Below are positions 38,750 through 47,678 of a DNA stretch of 64,000 nt, piece after piece. This DNA comes from Candidatus Marinacidobacterium sp. (GTDB lineage Bacteria; Acidobacteriota; Vicinamibacteria; Marinacidobacterales; Marinacidobacteraceae), in assembly GCA_965204755.1 (NCBI GenBank), contig OZ242011.1, positions 2,976,001-3,040,000 of the forward strand, read 5' to 3'. Within the stretch, counting starts at the first letter, position 1. The number at the start of each line of letters is the position of its first letter. The notes under the pieces are model-generated. The model ran no database searches and had not been told where the DNA came from. It saw only the letters and a program-made list of their open reading frames with translations. Both the position numbers and the translations under genes were made by a program.

Positions 38750-40230
38750 TCGATGCGGAGCGGGCGGTCTTCGATGTAACTCGCCCAGGCGAACCAGTAG
38801 GCGATGTGGCCGGGCAGCCGCTCCAACGCAGCGGTCTCCGCGCCGATTTCACCGTCCTCCGGAGCGAGCGCCCCTTCGGTCAGGCGCCAGCGTCCGCCCG
38901 CTTCGTCCACCAGGCGCGCCGGATCGTCCGGGGCCCGGGAGAAACGACGGCCGCCGCTTTCGTAGGCGCGCACCGTCTCCGTTTCGGCGTCGCCGACCAG
39001 CACCAGGTCCAGCCCGTCCACCCGGTCGTGGAGCACGGCGCCGCCCTCGAACAGGGAAAGCGCCCAAGCCATCTGCGTCTTCCCGGCGCGGAGCGCGAAG
39101 ATGCGGTCCTTCGGGGCGAGCCGGCGGTCGCGCACGACGACCGGGAACATCAACTCCGGACTGGCGAAGTACTCGCCGTAGGGCCTGCCCGGCCGGTAGT
39201 CGCGTTCGTACCCGGTGTCCAGCGACAACACCGTGGTGTCCGGGTGGTCGCTCCGCCACGATTCCCAACTCGCGATCACCACCGGAAGGACGCGCAGTTC
39301 GAGGTCCGAACCGGTGAGTTCGCCGACCACCGGCCGGCCGGTGAACTGGTTCCAGAGCGATTCCGTCTGTTCGTCGTACATCAACTTGTTCGACCGGTAG
39401 AGCAAACCCGAAGAGCCGAACACGAAGGGCTCGCGCCGCCCCGGAACGCGCGCGTCGAACAGGATGCCGGAGCCGCAGAGCGTGCAGTAGGCGAGCGACA
39501 CCGGAACGCCGCCGACGACATCGTTGAACATCTCGTGCCAGTCGAGGATGCGCAGCGGATAGGCGCGCGCGTCGCCGCCGACGGCGACGCCGAAGACGAG
39601 TTCGCGGTCGGTCAGGTAGTCCGCCTCCGCCGCCGGAATCCGTTTCGGGTTCGTGAGCGCCGGAATGCCGTCCTTGACCACGCCGCCCCAGACGATCTCT
39701 TCCAGCCGGATCTCGTGTTTCACCCCCCGGTAGAGGAAGTCGCGGAAGTTCGGATCTATCCCGGCCAGCACATCCGCCTTGAAGGCGTCGAATCCGTCGA
39801 AGGGGCGGATCTGCGGACGCTCTTCCTGCCATTCGGTCCAGGCCTTCCAGTCGCGTCCGATGCGGGCGCGGCTGAGGCGCTGGAGCGCGCGCAACAGCCG
39901 GCCGTCCTCGTCCGGGAGGACGCGGAGGACGGCGATGAACGCCGGCACGACATCCTGCCGGTTCCGTTCGATCAGGTGTTGGAGCGCGCGGTTCCGGGAA
40001 ACGCCGCGGCGTCCGAAGAGCGCGGCGCGCACCAGGGATTCGATGTCTTCGTCCGAGCGGAACCGGTCGCCGAACGGGTCCGAGGCGAAGGGGTCGGAAC
40101 CGGGAAGCGCCGGCGGCCCCGGTTGCGCCGCCGCCGCGCCGGGACCGAGGAATCCCGCGGCGAGAGCCGGGAGGAGGAGTCCGGCGGCGAACCGCGCCGC
40201 CGCCCGTCGAATGCGGAGCGTCTTCTTCAT
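38746..40230 (-). CDS. Exported DUF3179 protein (CxxC)
   Basis: WGGVVKDGIPAL, RAYPLRILDWHEMFND, YCTLCGSG, SGLLYRSNKLMYD, YWFAW; signal peptide. Confidence 0.85.
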   Translation of the reverse strand: MKKTLRIRRAAARFAAGLLLPALAAGFLGPGAAAAQPGPPALPGSDPFASDPFGDRFRSDEDIESLVRAALFGRRGVSRNRALQHLIERNRQDVVPAFIAVLRVLPDEDGRLLRALQRLSRARIGRDWKAWTEWQEERPQIRPFDGFDAFKADVLAGIDPNFRDFLYRGVKHEIRLEEIVWGGVVKDGIPALTNPKRIPAAEADYLTDRELVFGVAVGGDARAYPLRILDWHEMFNDVVGGVPVSLAYCTLCGSGILFDARVPGRREPFVFGSSGLLYRSNKLMYDEQTESLWNQFTGRPVVGELTGSDLELRVLPVVIASWESWRSDHPDTTVLSLDTGYERDYRPGRPYGEYFASPELMFPVVVRDRRLAPKDRIFALRAGKTQMAWALSLFEGGAVLHDRVDGLDLVLVGDAETETVRAYESGGRRFSRAPDDPARLVDEAGGRWRLTEGALAPEDGEIGAETAALERLPGHIAYWFAWASYIEDRPLRIE

Positions 40231-40333
40231 CCGGTCTCGGTCGATCTCGTCTGCGTCATCCCCCGGGGCGCCCCGATCGGCGCGGCGCCGAAGGGTAGCC
40301 GCGAGGCGTCCGCGCCCCGTCCGCGCCCCGTCG

Positions 40334-41800
40334 TCACCGGAGCCTCAGGGAAGAGAAGACCTCCGCCGCCGCCGGGCCGCCCGCCGGGTGTTCCCGGAGC
40401 GCCTCCGCCGCCCGCGCCGCGTCTCCGGCGACCGCCGCCGCCGTGATCTCCCGCTCGCAGGACTTCACCCGCCGCAGCAGGCGTCCGGCCTCGACCGGGA
40501 GGGGCGGCTGCGGGCTGGGAACCGCCCCGTCCGAGCCCACCCGCGCCGGGGCTTCGACGAAGTCCTCCACCGGGAGTTCCGGCACGGCGGGGCTGCCGTC
40601 CGCCGTCCGGTTGCGCGTGTTCAGAACGATCTCGGCGGCGCTGTCCCGGCCGCTGTCCCGGCCGCCGCCCCCGCCGTCGTCCTCGGCGGCGAGCGCCGCC
40701 CGGATCACCGCGAGCCCGATCCGGTCGTATCCCGACGGCGCGAGACCGGCGCCGCCCCCGGGGCCCGGCTTCGCCGCGCCGCCCGCCGTCCCGGCCCCGG
40801 TCGAACCTCCGCCGGCCTCGATTCCGAAGTAGGTGGCCTCCCGTTCCGCGAGGACCTCGCGATAGACCCGCAGCCCGGCTTCCTCGTCCGTCCCGGCGCT
40901 CGCGCCGGCGGGCGCGCGGAGCGCCGCGAACAGCCGGGCCTCCAACTCCAGGACTTGCCGCCCGCGGGTGGTCCCCGCCGCGCGCGCCCGCTCGACCGCC
41001 CGGTCGGGGTGGAGCGCGAAGTACACATACTCGGACGGGACCGCCCCCCGGAATTCCTCCGCCTCGAACAGCCCGGGCGGATGCGCCGACCGGAGCCGCT
41101 CCGGCGCGCCGAAGAGGCCGGCCAACCGGTCCTCCGGCGGGAGAGGCGGGTCGTCGGGGGAAGGCGCGGAGAGATGCGCCGGGCAGCGCGCCGAGCAGTC
41201 CGGGGGCGCGTAGAGCCGGGTCAGCCAGCCCAGGTGGTTCACGCCGGACCAGGAGACGGAATACCGGCCGGGCGCCGCGCCGACCAGCCCGGCCACCCGG
41301 TCGGCGAGCGCCGCCGGGGTGTCGCAGACGCCGACCACCCGCGCGCCGGAATGGTTCGCCAGCGCCTCGGTAACCATCCCGGCCGGGTTCGCGTAGTTCA
41401 CGACCAGGGCGTCGGGCGCTTCGCGCTCGACGGTCCGGGCGAGGTCGAGCGCCGCCGGGAGGTTCCGGAAGGCGAGCGCGGCCCCGGCCGCGCCGACCGT
41501 CTCCTGCCCGACCGCCCCCGCTTCGAGGCAGGCCCGCTCGTCCGCGGCCCGGGCCTCCTGCCCGCCGACCCGGATCGCCAGGACGACGAACCGGCTCCCC
41601 CGCGCCGCTTCCGCCGGGCTGCCCGCCGGTGTCACCGCGAGCCCCGGCGCCGCCGCCCGCAGCACCGGGAGGAGGGCGGCGAGCCGTTCCCCGTCCGGGT
41701 CGTAGAGCGCCGCTTCCCGAAACCCCGGTCCGCTCCGGTCGAGCGCGGACAGGAGCAGCGGGGTCCGCAAACCCCCGCCGCCGAAGACGGCGACCTTCAT
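40334..41800 (-). CDS. Family 4 glycoside hydrolase (6-phospho-beta-glucosidase-like)
   Basis: MKVAVFGGGG, AIRVGG, GQETVGAAG, NYANPAG, GVCD, GVNHLGW. Confidence 0.85.
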   Translation of the reverse strand: MKVAVFGGGGLRTPLLLSALDRSGPGFREAALYDPDGERLAALLPVLRAAAPGLAVTPAGSPAEAARGSRFVVLAIRVGGQEARAADERACLEAGAVGQETVGAAGAALAFRNLPAALDLARTVEREAPDALVVNYANPAGMVTEALANHSGARVVGVCDTPAALADRVAGLVGAAPGRYSVSWSGVNHLGWLTRLYAPPDCSARCPAHLSAPSPDDPPLPPEDRLAGLFGAPERLRSAHPPGLFEAEEFRGAVPSEYVYFALHPDRAVERARAAGTTRGRQVLELEARLFAALRAPAGASAGTDEEAGLRVYREVLAEREATYFGIEAGGGSTGAGTAGGAAKPGPGGGAGLAPSGYDRIGLAVIRAALAAEDDGGGGGRDSGRDSAAEIVLNTRNRTADGSPAVPELPVEDFVEAPARVGSDGAVPSPQPPLPVEAGRLLRRVKSCEREITAAAVAGDAARAAEALREHPAGGPAAAEVFSSLRLR

Positions 41801-42948
41801 CGGTCGTCCTCGGCGCCGTCCTCCGATTCCCTGCTCCCCGCGGCCGCGCCCGCCGCCGGCCCGGTCGCCGCGGGTCTCGGTGCGCGGGGGCCCTCGGACT
41901 TCCCGTCCGGCCCAGATTCCGGCCCAATTTCCGGCGGCGCCCAGGGCTTGGGCGGCAGCCCCCCCAGCCGCTGGACGCAACGCGCGCCGAGGGCGTTTCC
42001 CGCCGCGAGTTGTTCCGCGAGCGAACCGCCGGCCAGCCGCTTCGCCAGGAAGCCGGCGTTGAAGGCGTCCCCGGCGCCGGTGGTGTCGCGGACGCCGCGA
42101 AGCGGGATCGGCGCCGGGACCCGGGTCTCCGAGCGGCCGATCTGCTCGGCGCCCCGCGGCCCCAACTTCTCGATCACCAGCGTTCCGGCCCCGGCGGCGC
42201 GCCGCAGCGCCCCCTTCCGCCCCCCGTAGAGCCCGGCTTCGAGTTCGTTCACGAACACGCCGTCCGCCGTTCGCAGCAGGGCCTCGAACCCCGGCCGACC
42301 GGCGAGGTCCGGGTCGTGGCCGAAGTCCCAGAACAGCGGCGGGACCGGGAGGCCGGCCGCTTCCGCGCGCTCCCGGAACTCCGACCAGTGCTTGGGGCTG
42401 GCCGGGGAGAAGGCGAACAGCACCGCCCCGAACCGCGCGTCGGGGCCGAGCGCCAACTCGGTGGGCAGCACCGAGTAGATCCGCGACTCGACCGGGGCGT
42501 TCGGCGCCGCGTAGGTGACGAAACTCCGGTCGTCGCCGAAGGAGAGGCAGGCGGTGACGGCGTGGGGCGTCCCGGCGCGCCGGAGGTCGCGGTAGCCGAC
42601 GCCTTCGCCCTTCAGGGTGCGCGAGAAGCGCGGCGGAAGCGCCGAGAGGATCCGCACCGAGAGCCCGGCCGCCCGCGCCCACGCCGCCGAGATCACCGCC
42701 CCGCCGCCGACGGTGCGCTCGAACGCCCCGGTGCGCATCTCTTCGCCGGCTCGGGGGAGGCGTCCGAGGTCGGCGAAGACCAGGTCCTCGAACGACTCCC
42801 CGGCGACGAGCAGCCGGTTCCCGTCCTGCGCCTCCTCCCAACTCGGGTCCGGCGAGGCGGCGGCGCCCGGGGGGAACGATCCCTTCGCGCCCGCGGCGCG
42901 GAGGCGGGGCCCCTCGCCGGCGTTCCCGGAGTCCCCGCCGGCGCTCAT
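41797..42948 (-). CDS. PfkB-family carbohydrate kinase
   Basis: VGGGAVI, FVNELEA, EKLGPRG, DTTGAGDAFNAGFL; start uncertain (42948 or 43053). Confidence 0.85.
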   Translation of the reverse strand: MSAGGDSGNAGEGPRLRAAGAKGSFPPGAAASPDPSWEEAQDGNRLLVAGESFEDLVFADLGRLPRAGEEMRTGAFERTVGGGAVISAAWARAAGLSVRILSALPPRFSRTLKGEGVGYRDLRRAGTPHAVTACLSFGDDRSFVTYAAPNAPVESRIYSVLPTELALGPDARFGAVLFAFSPASPKHWSEFRERAEAAGLPVPPLFWDFGHDPDLAGRPGFEALLRTADGVFVNELEAGLYGGRKGALRRAAGAGTLVIEKLGPRGAEQIGRSETRVPAPIPLRGVRDTTGAGDAFNAGFLAKRLAGGSLAEQLAAGNALGARCVQRLGGLPPKPWAPPEIGPESGPDGKSEGPRAPRPAATGPAAGAAAGSRESEDGAEDDR

Positions 42949-43070
42949 CCGGCGGGGGAGGCTACCGGTTTTCCCCGGTCCCGACGCCGCGGATTCCCGG
43001 AGTCCCCGCCGGCGCTCTCCGGTAACCTCCCCGCCGCCCCCGGCGGCGCCCACCCGACAGGAAACACGCG

Positions 43071-43610
43071 ATGGTCCTCGGCCTGCTGACCGTGCACCTG
43101 CTCGGCGCGGCGGCGTTCGGGTTCACCTGCTTCGGCGTCTTCGACTCCGGGTCCTTCGCCGTCCACATCTGGGCCGGGCTCATCTCGGTGATGCTGGTGC
43201 TCTTCGCCCACACCATGAGTTACATGTACCTGGTGGCGATGACGAGCACCATGCGGAAGGCGCTCGCCGGGGAGAACGGGCCGCGGGCGTTCGAGGGCGA
43301 CCCGCGCGGCCCGGAGTTCCTCGCCCGGAGCCGCCGGCTGAAGGCCTCCGCGGCGCCGTGGGCGATGGGTGGCATGTTGCTGCCGATGGTGGCCTTCATC
43401 CTCGGCGGCGGCGCCCACACCCGGGCGTTCCCGGCGGTGATCCACTCCGGTTTCGGCTACGCGGTCTTCGCCTTCCTCCTCGGCGCGCTGGTCGTCGTGG
43501 GGCTGGCGCTCCTCCGCCAGAACCGGCTGGTCGAGGCGTTCGGGCTCGCCGCCGCCGAGCCGGAGTCTTCGGGGGAGGCCGGACGCCCGCTCCCCGAGCC
43601 CTCCGCCTGA
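43071..43610 (+). CDS. Hypothetical 4-TM membrane protein
   Basis: Four hydrophobic helices with several membrane histidines; codon usage like core genes. Confidence 0.65.
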   Translation: MVLGLLTVHLLGAAAFGFTCFGVFDSGSFAVHIWAGLISVMLVLFAHTMSYMYLVAMTSTMRKALAGENGPRAFEGDPRGPEFLARSRRLKASAAPWAMGGMLLPMVAFILGGGAHTRAFPAVIHSGFGYAVFAFLLGALVVVGLALLRQNRLVEAFGLAAAEPESSGEAGRPLPEPSA

Positions 43611-43655
43611 AAGGCCGGGCGGGCGGCCCCGTTGGTACGATCCGACTCCCTCCCG

Positions 43656-44567
43656 ATGCGCTCCCCGGACGACCGCCGGCGCCGGCCCCGGATCAACGGC
43701 CGGCTCGCGCTCGCGCTCACGGCCGGCGGCTTCGCCGCTCTTCCGGCGAACGCCCAGCGCGTGTCCGCGCCCGAGGACGCGGGCATCGGCCCGGACACGG
43801 TGTTCGTCGAGGAACTCACCTGGACGGAGGTCGCCGCGCGCGTCCGCGCCGGGACCCGGTCGGTGATCGTCCCCACCGGCGGGACCGAGCAGAACGGCCC
43901 GCACATGGTCCTCGGGAAGCACAACTTCATCATCCGCGCCGCCTCGGAACGGATCGCCCGGGAACTCGGGGACACCCTGGTGGCGCCGGTGATCGCCTAT
44001 GTCCCCGAGGGCGGCCTCGACCCGCCGACCGGCCACATGCGCTACGCCGGCGCGATCACGCTGCCGGAGGAGCCGTTCCGGGCGCTGCTCGAGTACGCCG
44101 CCCGCAGTTTCCGGGTCCACGGTTTCGAGAATGTGATCTTCATCGGCGACAGCGGCGGCAACCAGCGCGGCATGGCGGCGGTGGCCGAGGCCCTGAACGC
44201 CGAGTGGGGGGCCGCCGGCTCGCCGGCCCGCGTCCTCTACATCGAGGAGTACTACCGGGCGAACGGCTTCCGGGAGTACCTGGCGGAGCAGGGGCTCGAC
44301 GAGGAGACGATCGGGCGCCACGCCGGCGTCAGCGACACCTCGCAACTGTGGTTCGTCGCGCCGGAGATGATCCGGCCGGAGGCCCGCGTTCCGAACGGCG
44401 GCTTCGAGGGCAGCGGCGTCAGCGGCGACCCGACGCTGGCGTCCCCGGAGTTCGGCGAACAGGGCCTCCGGCTGAAGGTGGAGACCACCGTGCGCCGGGT
44501 GCGGGAACTCGTCGAGGAACTTCGCCGGGAACGCGCCGGTTCCGGCTCGCCGGACTCCTCCCGCTGA
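43656..44567 (+). CDS. Creatininase-family amidohydrolase, exported (paralog of 1666-2556)
   Basis: FVEELTWTEV, GGTEQNGPHMVLGKHN, GDSGGNQ, HAGVSDTS; ANA-Q signal cleavage; extended -10 TGgTACGAT at 43633-43641. Confidence 0.85.
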   Translation: MRSPDDRRRRPRINGRLALALTAGGFAALPANAQRVSAPEDAGIGPDTVFVEELTWTEVAARVRAGTRSVIVPTGGTEQNGPHMVLGKHNFIIRAASERIARELGDTLVAPVIAYVPEGGLDPPTGHMRYAGAITLPEEPFRALLEYAARSFRVHGFENVIFIGDSGGNQRGMAAVAEALNAEWGAAGSPARVLYIEEYYRANGFREYLAEQGLDEETIGRHAGVSDTSQLWFVAPEMIRPEARVPNGGFEGSGVSGDPTLASPEFGEQGLRLKVETTVRRVRELVEELRRERAGSGSPDSSR

Positions 44568-44616
44568 TGCCGGCCGCCGCGCCGGGCCCCCGCCCGGCCG
44601 GCGGCGTCCGCGCCGG

Positions 44617-45795
44617 ATGATCCTCCCTTCGCAGCGCTCCCGGTTCGACCTGCCGCGGGAAGTGGCGTGGTTGAACTGCGCCTACATGTCGCCGCTGATG
44701 GATACGGTGGTGGCCGCCGGCGAGGCGGCGCTCCGCCGGAAGGCGCGCCCCTGGGAGATCGGGACCGACGACTTCTTCGACGACTCCGAGGAACTGCGGT
44801 CCGCCTGGGCCGCGATCCTCGGGGCGGGTCCGGAGCAAGTCGCGCTGACGACTTCCGCGAGTTACGGCCTCTCGCTCGCCGCCGCCGCCGTGGAAGTCCC
44901 TCCCGGCGGGCGGATCCTGCTCGCCGCCGAGCAGTTCCCGTCGAATGTCTATCCGTGGACCGAGAAGGCCCGCCGCAGCGGCGGCGAAGCGGTGTTCGTT
45001 CCCCGCCCCGAGGACGGCGACTGGACGCGCGCGGCGCTCGGTCTTCTGGACGAGCGGGTGGCGGTCGTCGCCCTCCCGCAGGTGCACTGGACCGACGGCG
45101 GGCTCTTCGACCTGGAGCGGATCGGCGCGGCGGCCCGCGAAGTCGGCGCGGCGCTCGTGGTGGACCTCACCCAGTCCCTCGGAGCGCTGCCGTTCGACGC
45201 CGGGCGCGTCCGCCCGGACTTCGCCGCCGGCGCCGCCTACAAGTGGCTGCTCGGCCCCTACTCGCTCGGCTACCTCTGCTTCGCCCCCGACCGCCTCGAC
45301 GCGGCGCCGCTGGAATACAACTGGATCCAGCGCGCGAACGCCCGGGACTTCGCCCGGCTGGTGGACTACACGGAGGATCCCCAACCCGGCGCCCGCCGGC
45401 ACGACGCCGGCGAGCGGTCGAACTTCGCCCTCGTCCCGGCGGCGCTGGCCGCCGCCCGGCAACTCCTCGAATGGGGTCCGGAGAACATCGCGGAGACCCT
45501 CGCGCCGCTCACTCGGCGGCTGGCCGCCGACGCCGCCGGGTTCGGGCTCGCTGCGCTTCCCGAAAATCTGCGGGCGCCCCACTACCTCGCGCTTTCGCTG
45601 CCGGACTCCCTCGGGGCCGGAGCGGGAACCGAACGGGCGACGCGGGTGGGGCGCGCGCTGGCCCGGCGGCGCGTCTTCGTGAGCGTCCGAGGCTCGGCCC
45701 TCCGGATCACGCCGCACCTCTACAACGACGAGGCCGACCTCGACGCGTTCGCTTCGGCGCTTTCGGAAGCGGCGGCGCCGTCCGCCGCGGTATGA
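44617..45795 (+). CDS. Class V PLP aminotransferase / cysteine desulfurase-like
   Basis: WLNCAYMSPL, EQFPSN, VDLTQSLGA, YKWLLGPY, RITPHLYN. Confidence 0.88.
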   Translation: MILPSQRSRFDLPREVAWLNCAYMSPLMDTVVAAGEAALRRKARPWEIGTDDFFDDSEELRSAWAAILGAGPEQVALTTSASYGLSLAAAAVEVPPGGRILLAAEQFPSNVYPWTEKARRSGGEAVFVPRPEDGDWTRAALGLLDERVAVVALPQVHWTDGGLFDLERIGAAAREVGAALVVDLTQSLGALPFDAGRVRPDFAAGAAYKWLLGPYSLGYLCFAPDRLDAAPLEYNWIQRANARDFARLVDYTEDPQPGARRHDAGERSNFALVPAALAAARQLLEWGPENIAETLAPLTRRLAADAAGFGLAALPENLRAPHYLALSLPDSLGAGAGTERATRVGRALARRRVFVSVRGSALRITPHLYNDEADLDAFASALSEAAAPSAAV

Positions 45796-45805
45796 CCGCC
45801 GGCCG

Positions 45806-46672
45806 GTGAAGGCTTACCTCGACGCCGCGCGCCGGGTTCTCGACACCGGGGTCCGGAAGCCGAACCGCACCGGGGTGGACACCCTCTCGGTCTTCAACCT
45901 GAACTACGAGGTATCCCTCGCCGACGGTTTCCCGCTGCTTACGACCAAGAAGATCAGTTGGAAGAACATCGTCATCGAAAACCTCTGGTTCCTCTCCGGC
46001 GAACCCTCGATCGCCCTGTTGAAGAAACACGGCTGCCGGTTCTGGGATCCCTGGGCGGACGAAGAGGGTTTCGTGCCGAGCGCGTACGGCCACTTCTGGC
46101 GGCGCTTTCCCGGTTCCGCGGGGCCTTCCGACCAGGTCCGCTGGGTGCTCGACGAGTTGGAGCGCAACCCGATGTCCCGCCGGCTGGTGGTGAGCGCCTG
46201 GGCGCCGGAGAACGCCCGGTCGAGCGGACTTCCCCCCTGCCACTTCGCGTTCGTCCTGAACGCCAGGGACGGCGCCGACGGCGTCCGCCGGCTCGACCTC
46301 CACCTCACCCAGCGCAGTTGCGATGTCGCGCTCGGCCTCCCCTACAACATCGCCGGCTACTCGCTGCTGCTGCACCTGTTCGCCGCCTGGGCCGGGCTCG
46401 AGCCGGGGACGATGGCTTCGACGCTGGTGGACGCCCATGTCTATACCGACAAGCCCGACGGCTCCATGCCGGAATACGACCATGCGCCCGGACTCCGGCG
46501 GCAACTCCGCCGGGCGCCGCGTCCGCTGCCCCGGCTGCACCTGTCCGAGCGGGTGCGGTCGCTCGACGGGACGCTCTCGCTGCTCGACGAGGGCACCGAC
46601 GAAATCCTCTCCCACTTCCGACTGGAGGGGTACGACCCGCACCCCGCCATCCGCTTCGCGGTGGCCGTATGA
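45806..46672 (+). CDS. thyA: Thymidylate synthase
   Basis: NRTGVDT, GFPLLTTKK, SRRLVVSAW, LPPCH, QRSCDVALGLPYN, DAHVY, terminal AV. Confidence 0.95.
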   Translation: MKAYLDAARRVLDTGVRKPNRTGVDTLSVFNLNYEVSLADGFPLLTTKKISWKNIVIENLWFLSGEPSIALLKKHGCRFWDPWADEEGFVPSAYGHFWRRFPGSAGPSDQVRWVLDELERNPMSRRLVVSAWAPENARSSGLPPCHFAFVLNARDGADGVRRLDLHLTQRSCDVALGLPYNIAGYSLLLHLFAAWAGLEPGTMASTLVDAHVYTDKPDGSMPEYDHAPGLRRQLRRAPRPLPRLHLSERVRSLDGTLSLLDEGTDEILSHFRLEGYDPHPAIRFAVAV

Positions 46673-47229
46673 GCGCCGGCGCCCCGGACCCGCTCCGGGC
46701 GGCGCGGCTCGACCCCGACGCGCTGCCGCCGTCCCCGTTCCGGGCCAGCATGGCGGCGGTTTCGCCGGAGGGGATCATCGGGGTGGGCGGCGGGATCCCC
46801 TGGGACTACCCGGCGGACCGGCGGCGTTTGTGGCGGCTGACCCGCGGCCGGACCATCGTGCTGGGCCGGCTCACCTGGCTCTCGCTCCCCCGGCGGCCGA
46901 TGCGCGGACGCCGGAACCTGGTCATCGCGTCCCGGCCGGTCGAGGGCGCCGAGACCTTCGGTTCGGTCCGGGCGGCGCTCGAGACCTGCGCCGGGGAGGA
47001 TGTGTGGTTCCTCGGCGGGACCCGCGTCTATGCCGAGGCGATGGACTACGCCGACTTTCTCGATCTCACCGAGATCCCGGACCGGATCCGTCCGGCGCCG
47101 GGGAGTTCGGTGGCTCGATTCCCCCCGATTGATCCGGCCCGCTGGGAGGCGGGGCCGGCCAAACCCGACCCGGACGAACCGGGCGTGCTGCGCCGGCGCC
47201 AGGTCCGGCGCGAAGGAGTACCGCGATGA
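46669..47229 (+). CDS. folA: Dihydrofolate reductase
   Basis: GIIGVGGGIPWDYPAD, VLGRLTW, GRRNLVI, WFLGG; ATGA-coupled to thyA. Confidence 0.9.
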   Translation: MSAGAPDPLRAARLDPDALPPSPFRASMAAVSPEGIIGVGGGIPWDYPADRRRLWRLTRGRTIVLGRLTWLSLPRRPMRGRRNLVIASRPVEGAETFGSVRAALETCAGEDVWFLGGTRVYAEAMDYADFLDLTEIPDRIRPAPGSSVARFPPIDPARWEAGPAKPDPDEPGVLRRRQVRREGVPR

Positions 47230-47627
47230 GCGATTCCGCGACTGCCCCGCAGTTGATCACCGGCGAAGGCCTGCCGAAACCGGCCGGCCCCTACAGCCCC
47301 GCCGCCCGGGTCGGGGACCTGGTCTTCGTCTCCGGCCAGGTGGGCGTGGACCCGGCCACCGGGAAAACCCCGGAGGGCGTGGCCGCCCAGACCGAGCAGG
47401 CGCTCCGGAATGTGGCGGCGATCCTCGAAGCGGCCGGGTCGAGCCTCGACCGGGTGGCGCGTTGCGGCGTCTTCGTGGACGACATGACCCGCTTCGCCGA
47501 GATGAACGAGGCCTATGTCCGCATGTTCGGCGGCCACCGCCCGGCGCGGACGACGATCGAGCCGCGGAGCCTCCCCGGCTCCGGCTTCCTCGTCGAGATC
47601 GACGCGATCGCCGTCGCCGGTTCCTGA
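47226..47627 (+). CDS. RidA/YjgF-family enamine deaminase
   Basis: GPYSPA, FVSGQ, MNEAY, RPARTTI, VEIDAIA. Confidence 0.92.
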   Translation: MSDSATAPQLITGEGLPKPAGPYSPAARVGDLVFVSGQVGVDPATGKTPEGVAAQTEQALRNVAAILEAAGSSLDRVARCGVFVDDMTRFAEMNEAYVRMFGGHRPARTTIEPRSLPGSGFLVEIDAIAVAGS

Positions 47628-47678
47628 ACCGCGCCGGGGGCCTCTTCGCGGAGGCCCCTGCGTTCGCGGACTCGGCGT

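Noticed and set aside
38746-40230. DUF3179 as a selenoprotein
   Set aside because: The motif is CTLC with ordinary Cys codons; no in-frame TGA
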